A stretch of DNA of 64,000 nucleotides from Camelus dromedarius. Lineage: Eukaryota. Position 1 is the stretch's first letter. Each line of letters starts with the position of its first letter. Location: contig NC_087437.1 of the NCBI RefSeq assembly GCF_036321535.1, forward strand, positions 17,982,001-18,046,000, in the 5' to 3' direction. Of the stretch, positions 1-13,516 are shown piece by piece. The notes below the pieces were generated by a model that did no database searches, was not told where the DNA came from, and was given only the letters and a program-made list of their open reading frames with translations. The position numbers and the translations under genes were made by a program.

Positions 1-100
1 AAACCCTATCTCCACACACACAAAACTCAAAGTGAATTAAAGAGTAAAAATCAAAACTTTAAAACTTTTAGAAGAAGTATAGGGAAAAGGTTTGACTTTA
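1..100 (+). mobile_element. Old L1 ORF2 3' fragment
   Basis: Resembles L1 consensus '...aactcaaaatggattaaagac...aaaactataaaactcctagaagaaaacatagg'. Confidence 0.55.
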
Positions 101-499
101 ATAGTCAACCATTATTTGGTAATGGTCATCCAAAGCCATGATTTGCCACTAGTCATTTGCCTGCCCATCTGTTTACTTAATCTATATTATTATATGTCTA
201 CAAAAAGTCCAGAGAGTAGAAGATGGATATAGGTTTCATAATTCTGTCGTCCAGTCTGGCCCTGAAAAGCACTGAGTAAAATGTCTTGACAGACTGGAAT
301 TCTTCTTAACGCAAAATTTGCCTTAGGTCACTCAAAACCTATTAAGAACATTTCTCAGTCTGGTCTGTATATGAGCATATGGCTTTGGGAGAGCTCTTCT
401 CTCCATACACTCTGACCTGAAAAGGGCTGATGCTTTCTTGATTCAGAAGTTAGGATGAGCTTGACCTTGGGTCAAACCAACGGTCAGCCATGCCTGTTA

Positions 500-1272
500 G
501 TAAATTGTGCTACCTCTGGAAGAACTTTGCCTTATGCAATCTCATTCTTACATTTATCTTTCTAAATGTTATAAGCTCACCAAGGACAACTTATAATTGC
601 AGTGGCAACCAAAACTATTCACTGGAGAGGTTCTGCTGCAGACATGGGAGTGAGCTGCTCAGACCTTTCTTTAAGGGAAAACCTCTGAAAGGAATGCAAT
701 CTACTGACCTGCCCTACTTTCAAGATCCACCACATCCTCTGGGTAGCTTCCAGCCCGTAACTCAGCACTGTGGAGGCACAATATCTGGGAAATTCCTGCC
801 CAACATAGGACTCCTCTAACAGGCAGTCTTGGCTCTGGGACAGCCCATGCCTGGCTGACACTTTCATAGAGTTGTACTGTGGGGTGAAGCTCTTTGTACC
901 CAGTTTTCTCAGTTTTCATCCCTTCCTTTACCTATGTCAACTTACACTGAAGTCTTAAGTCTCACCCTTTAAGGGCTTTTCTCCCAATAGATATTTTCAC
1001 ATCTAAGTCAGTTTTGCTGCCTGCTTCTTAGAAGACCCAAAATGAAATAGTTGCCTTAGAACAAAAGGGAAGAAACCCTTTTGGGGAAATTCCCTGCTTT
1101 GTCTGACTAAAGGACATATTACTTCAATATGAAAGATCACACTCCTTTGGGAAATAGTATCAGCTTTTATTCATACAGTCCTCATGGAATTATCAAGGCT
1201 GAGTTGTTTAAACCAGCTGTAGCTTCAATATCTCTTCCTCCACCCCTCTCTTTCTCTCTCCATCCCACTCCC

Positions 1273-1303
<31 letters not shown>

Positions 1304-2950
1304 ATATATTTTCTTGCATCCAAGTCTCCTTTGATGATCTGTAGCGCCTTCCATATCTGTTTATAGACAGCTCCCTCTCACTTTCTTTTTTTTTTTTTTT
1401 TATCCCTTTTCCTCTCTTTCTCATGCTCAAGAAACTTTGGAGATCAAATAGTCTTTAAAAAATTGTTCTGTTATGTTCAACTCTAAGAACATCTAATCCA
1501 GATAAACACATCTAATTTAAAATAGGAATAAATCCGATTACAAGGTCTCTTAAAACCTAATGGGGCAACTTCTGTTCCTATTGACTATCAGGGTGAAAAT
1601 GATATATTAAAAACTCATACAAATTAAAAAAAAAAAAAAAGTAAGGGTTTCCCAAAGGGAAAAATTTAACTCCTAGTATTTTGTTTATTTTGGCTATTCT
1701 AAGAGAAAAAAAAAATCTGTTTTTACTGCAGCTCTGAAAAATAATTTTAAAAAGTTTACCTGTGAATTAAGTTAATGGCCTTGGTTACTAGGTTATAAGA
1801 TAAGAAAGAGAGCTATCCAGAGCTTTTAAGTATGATTTAAAGAATCTTTAAAATTTGGTTTATAAATTCAAACATATTTTAATTGTATTAGAAAAAGTAA
1901 CAGTCTTATCAAGATGCTTTGGATAAATTAGACTGATTTAATTTTAGTTTAAAACTAACTCTATGTCTTCTCCCTGTTTTTACCGCCTTATAAAAATAAA
2001 GAACAATATTCCAGTTTGCATAAGGTAGAGTTTATTTCCTCATGATTAAAATTTTCTAAATTTCCTGTATTGGTTTTATGTCAAAATTATTGTTTGCATA
2101 ACTCATTTAAGATTACAAAAGTAAGTTTATAAATAATAATAAATGTCTTTTTAAAGTATTATGCTAGTGAAATGTTTTAATGTTACAAATCATAAGAACT
2201 TAATGTGCAAACTCAAACCTATGATTTTCATCTCCTTTGTTTACTTTGAGATCTTTAATTGACATTGATTTTTAATGGATAAATAACATTTGAAAACTTA
2301 GTATAATTTTCATTTACCTATATTCTTTTTTCTACATAAGAATGTAGGCATCAGTTAATATGTAAACAAAAGGATGCACAAATATCTTTGAGCTTTATTA
2401 ATATTCATGTTCTTTTTTTAAGAAATATAAAAGAATGAGTATGCTGGTAAGGAGATGTATGTGTAAGATAATGGATGTGTTTTTATCAGGAAAAAGCAGA
2501 GAATAATTTTGTCTTAAGTAAGAATTGGCTGGTTGTAGCAGAGCATGAAATAAGATGAAAGAAATAAACTTTACTTCCTGGATTTCAAATATCTATAAAT
2601 AATAAGCTTTAAGGAAGAAACAAAATGTGTAAAAACTTTTAAAAAGTATATTAAATGTAATAGATTTATATATAAGAAAGAAGGCCTAGGAAGTTTTCTA
2701 CTGCAAATCATTAGAAGGATGATTTGAACTTTCCTTATGTTGAAGTGACCAAGTGAGTCTGTGCCCAGATAACATAGGTCCTGTTTACAACCACTGTATT
2801 TATTACCTATACTTTTGATATACTCTTGAATCACTTTTAGAAAAGTTTCTTAATTTTGAAAAAGGTTAAGTTCCTAATAATTATTATTGCTAACTGCTGT
2901 TTGTTACTGATAAAAATTATACATACATTTGTCATTTGTAGTTGTTAGAT
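500..2950 (+). mobile_element. Degenerate ERV1-class (MER4/MER34-group-like) LTR plus AT-rich internal remnant
   Basis: LTR-end-like text 'gctgcctgcttcttagaagacccaaaatgaaa' at about 1016-1048, followed by an AT-rich non-coding internal-like segment. No intact PBS or gag/pol; boundaries uncertain. Confidence 0.4.
1273..1300. repeat. (TG)14 microsatellite
   Basis: Directly visible. Confidence 0.95.
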
Positions 2951-2954
2951 CATC

Positions 2955-4740
2955 CTGAGCTATTAACCTTATGATCATGAAATGACCCTCTTGTCCCAGT
3001 AACTCTCCTTGTCTTGAGGTATATTTTGTCTAATATATCACTGCAGGTTTTTATTTTTTATGGTTTGCATGGTATATCTTCTTCCAGCTTTTTCTTTGAA
3101 CATATCTGTGTCTTTGTATTTAAAGTGTGTCTTTTATAGACAGAATATACTTGGCTTTTACTTATCTTCATCTAGTCTAACAATCTCTGCCTTTTGATAG
3201 GAATATTTAGTCTATTTATGTTTAATATAATTATTTGTATGGTTTTATTTAGGTTTGCCATTTTGCTATTTTCTATTTGTTGCATTTATTTTTTTGTTCC
3301 TCAGTTCTTCCTTTCCTGTATTCTTTCGTGTTAATCAAATATTTCTTAAGTGTTCCTTTTTTATTGGCTTTATAGCTATATTAATTTGCATTGTTTTATA
3401 GAGATTGCATCTATAACTTATCCCCAAATATTTAGAACTAATATTGAATTATTTCATGTAATATAGAAACTGCAATAGTATGTTTCCAATCACCTCCCCC
3501 ACCCTTAGTGCTATTGTTGTCATATATAATTATATATATTATAAAGAGAAAAATACAGTGTAATAATTTTTTATTTAAATAGTTGCATAACTTTTAAAAT
3601 TTATTGTATAATATATAATTATACATGTATATATTCATTCTTCTATTACTTCCTATAGATTAGTGTTATTTCCCTTTATCTTGAAGAACTTCCCTTAGCA
3701 TTTCTTATAGCACAGCCCTGATGGCAATATATTGTCTCAGTTTTTATTTACATGAAAATGTCCTTATTTTACCTTTATTTTTAAAGAATAGTTTCATTGG
3801 ATATGGAATTCTTAGTTAATGGTTTTTTTTCCTTTCAGTTCTTTGAATATGTCATTCTAATATCTTCTGGCTTCTATTGTTTCTGATAAGAAGTCAGCTC
3901 TTTGTCATATTATTATTCTCCTCTATGTAATATATCATTCTCTCTAGCTGCCATGAAATTTTTCTTTGATCTTTGCAGTTTAAGTACAACGTACTTAGGA
4001 TTAGTTTTCTAGGTAGTTTTCTAAGAGTGGTTTTCTTTGTATTTATCCTGCTTGTGGTCTGGTAAGCTTCTTGCATCTGTGAGTTCGTATTTTCCATAAA
4101 ATTTGGGAAGTTTTCAGCCATTGTTTCTTAAATATTTTATCTCTTCCTAACCTTTCTTTCTGGGGCTGCAATGACATGTATTGTACCACTTCATATCCTC
4201 CCACAGGTATGTTGACTGTTGAGCCCATCTGATGAACTTCTCATTTCAGTGGTTGTAATTTCTGCTCCTAAATTTTCATATATATTCCATTTCTCTGATG
4301 AGATCCCTATACTTTCATTCACTAAAACTATTTTTCTTTAATTTTTTAAATGTGTTTTTCTTTGATCCTTTGAACATATTTATAATAACTGCTTTGGTGT
4401 CTATCTGCTAAGTTCAATATTTGGTCCCTTTTAGAGACAGTTTCTATTTATTGAGTTATTCCTCAGTATGAGCCACACTTTCCTACTTCTTTGCAGTTCC
4501 GTAATTTTGGTTGAAAACTGGACTTCATAAATAATACATTGCAGCAACTCTGGATTTGGTTGAGTTGGAAATTTTGGGTTTTTTTTTTTTTTCATTAGTT
4601 CATTATACCTGGACTTAAGCTGCAAACTTCGTATCTCCTACTATGTGCTAGAGTTGATATATTTCTGTTCAGTTTTTATGGCTTCCTTGTAGTGCTTTTG
4701 TAGCTTGGCCCACTTGGACCCTCTCTGTACCTGAGTAATT
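2955..4740 (-). mobile_element. Ancient L1 (L1M) fragment covering ORF1 and the start of ORF2
   Basis: Minus-strand ORF 3894-4121 (MAENFPNFMENTNSQMQEAYQTTSRINTKKTT) is L1 ORF1p-like; 2960-3250 resembles the antisense endonuclease region. Many stops. Confidence 0.85.
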
Positions 4741-4759
4741 TGGAATATCATAGATAAAT

Positions 4760-5760
4760 CAGCAAAGTCCTTCCCCTCAAACTCAAAGTTTATCAAGAAA
4801 AACAAAAAAGTAAGTAAGCAATATCAATAAAATGTAATTAATTGTATAATAAAAATATGCACAAGACATACAGGTGGTACAGAGCAGAAAGCAATTAACT
4901 CTGAGAGCAACCAGTAATCCAGAAAGACTTCATTAGAAGCAGTGACTTCCAGGTTGAGTTTTGAAAGACAGTAATTTACAGGTGAACGCAGCAAGAGGAC
5001 ATTGCAGGTGGAGGGGTGTGCAAGGGTAGATGAGTATGACACACCATGACTTGTTCTAAGAATCACAGGCCACTTGATGCAGCTGGAGCATAAGATAGTA
5101 GGAAAAATAAAGCTGGGAATAAAAGCAGGATGTAGATCATAAACAGCCATACACCAAGTCAAGGGGTAGATAGTTGGTCCTAGTGATGATAATGAGCCAC
5201 TGAATGGTTTTAAGCCATGTTAAGGGTGGATTAGGGAAGTCCAGGTGGGAGACAACGATGGCATGGTCTAGAGTGATGCAGGTGGAGTAGAAGCAAGTGA
5301 ACAGCATTGAAAGGTAAAACAAGAGGCAACACAAACGGAGCTTGGAGTACAGGAAAGGGAGGAGTCAGGGATGGCACTGAAAACTGTTGCTTAGGCAACC
5401 AGGTGGAGGACTGTGCAATTTATCCAGCATAGAAAACAGAGATGGAACAGAGGTTTGCAGAGGAGAGAAGAGCAGATAACGTGTTTAGTTTTTGATGTGC
5501 TGAGGTCAAGGTGAAGAGGCAAGTCAGAAGAGAGGTCAGACAGGCAGCCGAATGTAAAAACAGTTACCAGAATTCTCTGGAAATAGTGGGTGAGAAAGAG
5601 CCCCCGAGGAGAGTGGTGCAGACTGAGAATAGAAATGGTCTGAGAACAACACCCAGGGGGTCTGACGTTGAAGGTGTGAGTGAAAAGTGGGACTGATAAG
5701 AGAAGGAAGAGGAGCTGACGGATACAGGGAGGTAGTCATAGTACTAGAGGGAGTAGTGGG
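4760..5760 (-). mobile_element. L2 LINE fragment
   Basis: Typical antisense L2 text (gttgagttttgaaag, gagccactgaatggttttaagc, tttagtttttgatgtgctgag). Confidence 0.75.
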
Positions 5761-6756
5761 CTCCCACTACAGACACCTGCGCCGCTGCAATCTTCAGAAG
5801 GGCTGGCTTCACCGACATCTTTTTCCATACCTCTATTATTGGTCCCTCTAACTCTTGCTCCTAATCCAGATTGTATGTCAGCTCTCTGCCCTTACTAATT
5901 AATTAGAAAATTCCTAATAGACACATTGTCCCCAGAAATGTTATTTGGTCTTGCTTAGAGACTTCTGTCCAGTTGTAATCCATTGCACTTATTTAAGCTT
6001 AGCAAAATAGTCCCCTGGCAACTTCAATCCATCCATCAAATGTCATCCATAAAGTGTTAGTGATGAGACTTTCAGAGTCTCAGAGTCAGGCTCGTTAGCA
6101 GTGGCTCCTTCAGTTTAATTCTCTAAGGACTTCCCTTAATAGCCTTCACCAGGGGCCCTGCTGCCCTGGGCCCAGGAAAAAGAGATAGCATATCTTGGAA
6201 AGGATTAACCAACTAGAATTCCCTGCAGTCCTCAGGAACCAGAAAATGGAGCAATGTCCCTGCCCTAAGAAACACATTCATCTACACACATAAAAGAGCA
6301 TGGGAAGCACATTTAAAGAGGGAAGGTAGAGAACAGACTGGGTGTGGATTTAGACTAATGTTCTTCAAAGATTCAGAACTCACTTATCCAGTAATCACAA
6401 ATTACATGAGTCTCCACACTGAAAAGAGATATGTTTTCTAAGAGAAAAATGAGTTACTAGGTAACAATGAAAGATTAAATGTTGAGCCATATTTTATCTT
6501 TCTTAAATTTCAGAAGACACAGTCCTAACTTACAATCAAGGAAGAGGATTTATGTAAATATTTCAATAATCCTGAACTGAAAACAGAATAAAGTTCAAAG
6601 CAGGAACCAACAGTATTGTTGGGAAGAGGACAGAGTAGGGCTGGAGATGGTGGCTCAGGGGGAGGAATTGGGAACCAGATGAAGTTTTAAAGAGACTAGC
6701 AGCTCTTATGAAAACTTAGGGTATCTAAAGCCAGAGAAGATTCCCACCCTCCACCC

Positions 6757-8232
6757 AATTTACTGAGTTACAATGGACAAAATTACATTTACTTAATGTG
6801 ATCATTTGATACATGTATACTTTATTAAATTATTACCACAATCAAGTTAATTAACACTTCCATCACTTCACCTGGTTACCTTTTTTTTTTTTTTTTTTGG
6901 TGAGAGTGTTTAAGATCTACTCTCAGCAAGTTTCAATACAATATTGAAATACAATACATTATTGTTAACTATAGCCGTCATGCTGTACATTGAATTCTCA
7001 GAAGTTACTCATCTTATAACCGAAAGTCTGTACCCTCTGACCAGCATCTATTCCTTCCCTTCTCAGCCTTCCCAGTCATTGGCAACCACCATTCTGTGCT
7101 CTGTTTCTGAATCTGATATTATTTTCCTTTAGATTTCACATATAAGCGATGCCATGCAGTATTTGTCTTTCTCTGCCTGACTGATTTCACTTGACATAAA
7201 GCCCTCCAGACTCACCCATGTAGCCACAAATGGCAGGATTTTCTTCTTTTTATGGCTGAATGATACTCCATGGTAATACAGCATGGTGACTAGTTCATGA
7301 GACTGTATCATATATTTGCAATGGTACTCAGAGAGTAGATCTGAAAAGTTCTCATCACAAGAAAAAAATGGTAACTATGTGTTGACAGATGTTAACTAGA
7401 CTTAATGTGGTGATCATTTGGCAATATATATAAATATCAAATCATGTTGTATACCTAAAACTCATATAATGTTATGTGTCAATCATATTTCAATTTTTAA
7501 AATTCCAAGAGATATATATATATATATCACTTTTTTTATTCATTCATCCATTGACAAATACTTGTTTCTGTATCTTGGTTATTGTGAATGATGCCACAAT
7601 GAACATGAGAGTACAGGTATCTCTTCAAGATCTTGATTTTGATTCCTTTAGATATATACCAAGACGTGGGATTGCTAGATCACATGGTAGTTCTATTTTT
7701 CATTTTTTAAGGAATTTCCATACTGTTTTCCATAATAATCACGGCAATTTACATTCCCACCAACAGTGCACAAAGGCTCTCATTTCTCCATATCCTTCCA
7801 AACACTTGTTATCTCATGTTTTTGATAAAAACCATGTTAACAGGTATCAGGTGATTTCTCACTGTGATCTCAATTTGCATTTCTCTGATGATTAGTGATG
7901 CTGAACACCTTCTCATGCACCTGTTGGCCATTTATATGTCTTCTTTGGGGGAAATGTCTATTCAGATCTTTTGCCCATTTTTTAATCAAGTTATTTGGTT
8001 TTTTGCTAGTGAGCTATATAAGTTCCTTATATATTTTGGATATTAACCACTTATCATGGTTTGTGAATATTTTCTCCCATTCCAGAGGCTGCCTTTTCAT
8101 TTTGTTGATTTGTTTCCTTCACTGTGCAGAATCTTTTTAGATTGTAGTGTTGTTTGTATATTTTTGCTTTTGTTGCTTTTGCTTTGGATGTCCTGTCCAA
8201 AAAAATCCTTGCCAAGACTTGTCAAGGAGCTA
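6757..8232 (-). mobile_element. L1MA-type 3' end, interrupted by a second L1
   Basis: Antisense L1 3'UTR/ORF2 end (ttagatttcacatataag, cattcccaccaacagtg, ttgcatttctctgatgattagtgatgctgaac). Confidence 0.9.
7273..7505 (+). mobile_element. Short L1MA-type 3' end nested in opposite orientation
   Basis: Sense L1 3' terminus (gagagtagatctgaaaagttctcatcacaag...aatgttatgtgtcaatcatatttcaat); the host L1 resumes at about 7510. Confidence 0.85.
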
Positions 8233-8409
8233 TAAATATATCACCTACAATATATTCGAGCCAGAATTCTTAAACTGGAATCATCAAGTTTTTAAATCTA
8301 ACTTCCAGTCCCAGGCTGCCCACCTGCAACTGACTCAAAGTCATTCTTAACTACTTGGGTGAGGCAACTGCCTCTTCAGAAGCTGTGGCATGGAACACAG
8401 AACATCTTG

Positions 8410-8640
8410 GAGTGTGGGCCCTGGCGCTAGACTGGCTAGGGCTGCATTTCACTGGTTAATCTTACTAGCTAGTAGGGCTTGGGGAAGTTATCTCTGTACC
8501 TCAGTTTCCTCATCTGCAAAATGGGGACGATGACTATACCTGCTAATAGGGATGTTTTGAAGAGAGATGATTTATAAATGTAGCACTCTTAGGACAGCAC
8601 CACACACATCATGAGGTGCTCTGTTGCCACTAGCTGTTAT
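8410..8640 (+). mobile_element. MIR SINE
   Basis: MIR core ctctgtacctcagtttcctcatctgcaaaatgggga. Confidence 0.85.
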
Positions 8641-8709
8641 TAAACGTTAGCTGTTCTCGTGTGATAGGCCAGTAATGTAACAGGTGACTAAGTATACCTT
8701 AGGGATATG

Positions 8710-9146
8710 AATGATTTGTCTGGCCTTGTCTTTCTACCTCACTTCACATCATTGTGCCTTGTCTCCCACTCTACTCACTGGATTCCAGCCTCATCAGTCT
8801 TGGATCAGTTCCTAAAATAGCCCCCTCCTCTCCCTCCGAGGACATCACAGTGTATTCCTTTTGCCTGGATGCTCTTCATGTGGCTGACTTTCTCAGCTTA
8901 CATCTCATCTTCTGTTCAGTCAGGCTACAAGGAACACTCCCTCTGAAGTGGCCTCACCCCACCCACATGTCACAGCCCTGTGTTCATTTTCTTAGGTCAT
9001 TTTGTTTTGTAAATTATGTTATTTACTTTGTTACCTGTCTCTGCCCATGAACGTTAGTTCTGTCTCATTCACTCTCACCATCACAGTGCCTAGCCTAGGG
9101 CTGGGCACATGGAGGAACTCTGTGAATAGTTGTTGAATGAATAAAC
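8710..9146 (+). mobile_element. L2 3' end
   Basis: Ends in ctgggcacatggaggaactc...gttgaatgaataaa, the typical L2 tail. Confidence 0.75.
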
Positions 9147-9178
9147 AAATTAGAGGGGCCATTCAAGCCATTTTTCTC

Positions 9179-9339
9179 AAAAAAAAAAAAAAAAACAAAA
9201 AAGAAAAAGAAGAAAATGAAAGGAAAGAGAAGGGAAGGGAAGGGAGGGAGGGAGGGAAGGAAGGAAGGAGGGAAGGAAGGAAGGAAGGAAGGAAGGAAGG
9301 AAGGAAGGAAGGAAGGAAGGAAGGAAGGGAGAGAGAAAA
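9179..9339. repeat. Poly-A grading into (GGGA)n/(GGAA)n polypurine microsatellite
   Basis: Directly visible; near-pure purine tract. Confidence 0.95.
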
Positions 9340-12300
9340 GGTGATGTTATACTTCAGTCAGAGAAACAGTATAGATTTTTACATGGCATTTTCTCTTCCT
9401 TAAAAAAAAATGTAAATTTTGCTCATGTCACTCCACTACAATAAGATTGAAAACAATAAAAAAAAAATTATAGTAGTAGCCAGAAAGGAAACTAGAGATA
9501 AACTAATTTGAAGGAGATAGAAAAAAGAAGGCCAAAGAATAAAGAAGTGGCAGAATGTGGGGTGGAAAACAAGACAGCAGGTACCGAGAGACCAGGAGTT
9601 TACAGCATTTTGCAGGCAGGGATCATCTCAGGGTCACATTCAGTGTTAGACAAGGGGACCTGGAGAATGGAGACAAGTAAATACAATTCCAGTTTTTTTT
9701 TTTAAGTTAAAAGACACACTTAAGTATCCACAGACCAGTAAGTGTGCCATGCAGACAGTCAAATTCTAGGGAAAAGGCCTTAGCCCTGTAGAGCTTGCAT
9801 TTTAGTGCATCTCCTTTCCTCTGCAATTTCAGCCTTGGTGCTGCACTGGTCCAAACATGTTTGTGTAACTCTTCATATAGATATCACCAATTACTCTACA
9901 CAGAGGACACTCCAATGAATTGGACAATCCAACATCCCAGACTAGAAGAATTTCTAGACTGGAAACCCAGCCATCTCAGACTAGAATAATTTCCTTTAGA
10001 AGGATTTGAAAATTCCAATGCATCATAAAGGTAATCTTTTAGAAAAAGAGAGAGAAATCAATCAGAACAAAAGAGTTTGCAAAGAACAGAGCAGGCTGCA
10101 TTATCCCCAATCTTGGAGTTATTAAGAGCAAGGAAAATGCTAAAGAACTCATATCTACACATTGATATCAGTAAGCATCTGAGACAGCTGCCCATGGTAC
10201 CATTTGGAATAAAATAATGACTGTGGACTCAATGATATTACTATCGGGTGAATTCAAATCATTTGTCAACTACAGTAGAAGCCTGATAGTTCACCTATGA
10301 ACTAAAAAAACAAACCAGTTAGAGTAAAGCATCACTAAAAAATGATACCTATATACTTTAAGAAATTGATGCAAAAATAGCTACAATATACAATCATTGG
10401 GTAGTCTTTGGGTTGAGGCCAACATCCATGTTCTGTTCTGTTTCTAGCAAAAAGCACATCTTTGATAAATCCTTTATGATTTCTAGGTTTTGGGGGATTT
10501 TTTAGCAAACAAAGATTTAAAGACATTAGCAATTTGAATGTACTCTTTTTAGGTTTTTTTGGTGGTGGTTCTACAATTTTCTACAGTTCTCTCACCCACA
10601 TCTAAATGGGCAGAAATTTTTTAAAGCAACTCAATCTTACCAATGTTTTCAAAGCACTTGGCCCAGTTTTCATATAAACAACTTTTCTTTTTCACACAAA
10701 TATTTCATTGGTTCCCTTTATATTTAATTAATTTGCACAGTTACAGTAGCAAGAACAATTGGTATAAATAAGCTTGAGGCAAACACAACTAACTCTTAGA
10801 AAGCCCCAGACATACCCAGGCAGGCTGCCAGCCTGATTCTGCAAAATAGAGTACCTCCTCAGGGGGTTAAGAGAAGGAAGGGAGTGAACTGTTGACCAGG
10901 AAGTCGTTCAGTGGAAGCTGACAGATCCCTACTATGAGAATTTAGAACCCATAGCAAAATCGTGGGCATTTTCTGGGACAGTGCCAAGTCACTCTGCAAA
11001 GTTCAGCATTCCTTTCATTGTCATGAAGAAGATGTATGAGTCACATTTTCAGGTGGTACAGAGCTGGGAGGAATTCTAACCCTAGCAAGGATCAACTCAA
11101 AATCAAAATATTCTCAACTTCAGTGAATTCCTCAGATGTCCTTCCAAAAGAAATCTGATATGGAAGACAGTGATGCAACCCTATTAGATGCTAGGCAATT
11201 GCATAAAGATTGAGTTAGATGCACATGTGCAGATACAGGATCTCTGGAGTAACTCAGATCTCCAAATGTCTGGATCAGTGCCTGGCATATGGAAGGTGCT
11301 CAAGAGACCTGTTTGAATAGATAACTGTGCTATTGAGAGAGGGGGAAAAAAAGCAAGGTGCTGAAGAGTGCACAGGAAATGTTCAGATTTGTGTGAAAAC
11401 AAAGAGGATATCTCTAGTCTTTGCTAGTTTGTGCAGAGATGACTAGTGCATGGATGAGTTACTGGAGAGATCAAGAAACTGATGAGTGGTTGTCTCTAGG
11501 GAAAGGAACTGGGACATCTAGGGTGTGGGTCAGAAGAAAAGCTTGTTCAGAGACCCCGCCAGGGACCTATGTACACCGACCTTGACAGGAGAGGGCAGGG
11601 TGGGTGGGAGGCTCAGTTCCAAGGGCCACTCATTTAAGTCATTTAGAACACAAAGACTCATTGACCCTAATGAATTCTTGCACAGGGAAACCAAACCGGG
11701 GTTAGGTTTTGGTGATGGTTAATTCTGTACACCTGTTTGTTTCAACACACCATAGGTATGCTATTTTTAAAAATCAGAAAAAGAAAAATCAGACAATATC
11801 TTTTTAAGGTGGACTGATGTGCCTAAATCTAAATCATCTTGACATACTATTGAAAAACCTAGCCCATCGACTTCTCAAAAGGTTTTCATCTAGAAAAGAA
11901 GAATTTCATTTTTCTAACTCAAGCAGGTGATGTATGCTCTTCTCCTTAATCTACACCTGGTGACCTTTCTGAATTTTCCACTTGCCTCTGGAGAAGCTTG
12001 CCCTCAGTGTCTTCTTCTCAGCACCACCAAGGATGGACAGAATGCATCCGATACTGCTGTGCAGTCCAGCTCCTTCCAAGAACCTCTCTTTATTTTGACC
12101 TTATTACTTTTCCTCAACAGAACACGCTGGCAGAATGATCAGAAGAGCGAAGTGCAAGTGTTAGAAAACAATGAAGAATGAACCCATCTTTCCTTGCTGT
12201 TGAGGCCACGGGATAAGAAACTTTCAAAGTGGCATCTATTAGATAACATAGGTTTTTGAGAAAATTAAATTATGCATAGAAAAATGCTTCTGAGGTTTAC

Positions 12301-12837
12301 ATACAGATCTTACAAAATTTAAAGGGAGCACTGCAGGTCTTCCTATCAACCCTTTTTATTATTATTAACACATTCCCTGGTTTATTGCATCATCATCATG
12401 TATGCAGATTCTTTAATCATCAATTTGGGTATGTAATCATAATTCTCACCAATTTCCTTGGGAATACAGAGATGGCATTGTGAATCTGAGAAAGCTCCAA
12501 GACAGCCCAGCACCTTCCTTTTATTGCTGATGAAGATGGGTAAGTTATCTCATCAGGTAGAATAGCTGGTGGATATGTGAGCATTAACTCCTCCAGTTTC
12601 ACAGTAGATTTGAGGCTTTGAGGTAGGTCAACTGCTTCTATACTGGCAAATATCCCCAGGTATTAACCCAGAAATTAAAACTGGCAACTATACAAAACCC
12701 ATGTTTTTATAAACAAACAGGAAAGCCTTTTAGGTAAGGTACACCTCCAGTCTCATACCCAACCACTTCTGACATTCACAATACGTCCCTGACCTATGCA
12801 CTCAACTGTGTTATTCATCACCAACTTAAACCTGAAT

Positions 12838-13087
12838 CAGCTCTGTCTTGTAGAACTTCTCGTCATGATGGAAATTTTCTGCATCTGTGTTGTCCAGTGA
12901 GCTAGCCACTAGCCACGTGTGACTGCTGAAATTAATCAAAATTAAATAAAATTTGAAACTGCCGTTCCTCACTTGCAGAACCGCATTTCCAGTGCTTGGT
13001 AGCTGCAGGTGGCCAGTAGCTACCGTGCTGGACGGCGCACATGTGGAATATTTCCACCACTGCAAAAAGGTCTATTGGTCAGTGCTG
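12838..13087 (-). mobile_element. MER3-like hAT-Charlie MITE
   Basis: tagccactagccacgtgtg...aaaattaaataaaattt...tagctaccgtgctggac...ctattggtcagtgctg matches recalled MER3 structure. Confidence 0.85.
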
Positions 13088-13254
13088 TTCCAAACCATCA
13101 AAAACACTTAAAACGTATTCTGAAGCAGAGGCACTACCATTGTTTATTCGAAATGTTTTGACATAGTAAAATTTCTTTCTTCACCAACTATATATGTATA
13201 CACACATGTATGCACACACACACTCTAAATTCTAATAATACAATTGAAAATCAC

Positions 13255-13495
13255 TTTTTATTTCACAAAGAGCTTTCCTACCCCTAATATTATTTCATCG
13301 CCGCAAGAACGTGTGGTCAGATGAGGTCAGGTTCGTTCACGGTGATGTGGCCAGCAAAACAGATAGTAGTATCTCATCTCACAACTGAGACCACTACGCC
13401 CCCAAGAGGTTAAGTGACTTGTCTGTAGTCATAGAGCTAGAAGTTGGAGGGGTCAAGATTTAAGCAAAGGTTTTCTAATTACAAATCCAAATCTC
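13255..13495 (-). mobile_element. MIR SINE
   Basis: agaggttaagtgacttgtctgtagtcatagagctag is the antisense MIR core. Confidence 0.7.
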
Positions 13496-13516
13496 GGTTT
13501 AATAAGTCGCATTTTC

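Noticed and set aside
7476..8140. ORFs of 60-139 aa in the L1 region (also 56321-56817)
   Set aside because: Antisense translations of decayed L1 ORF2/3'UTR.
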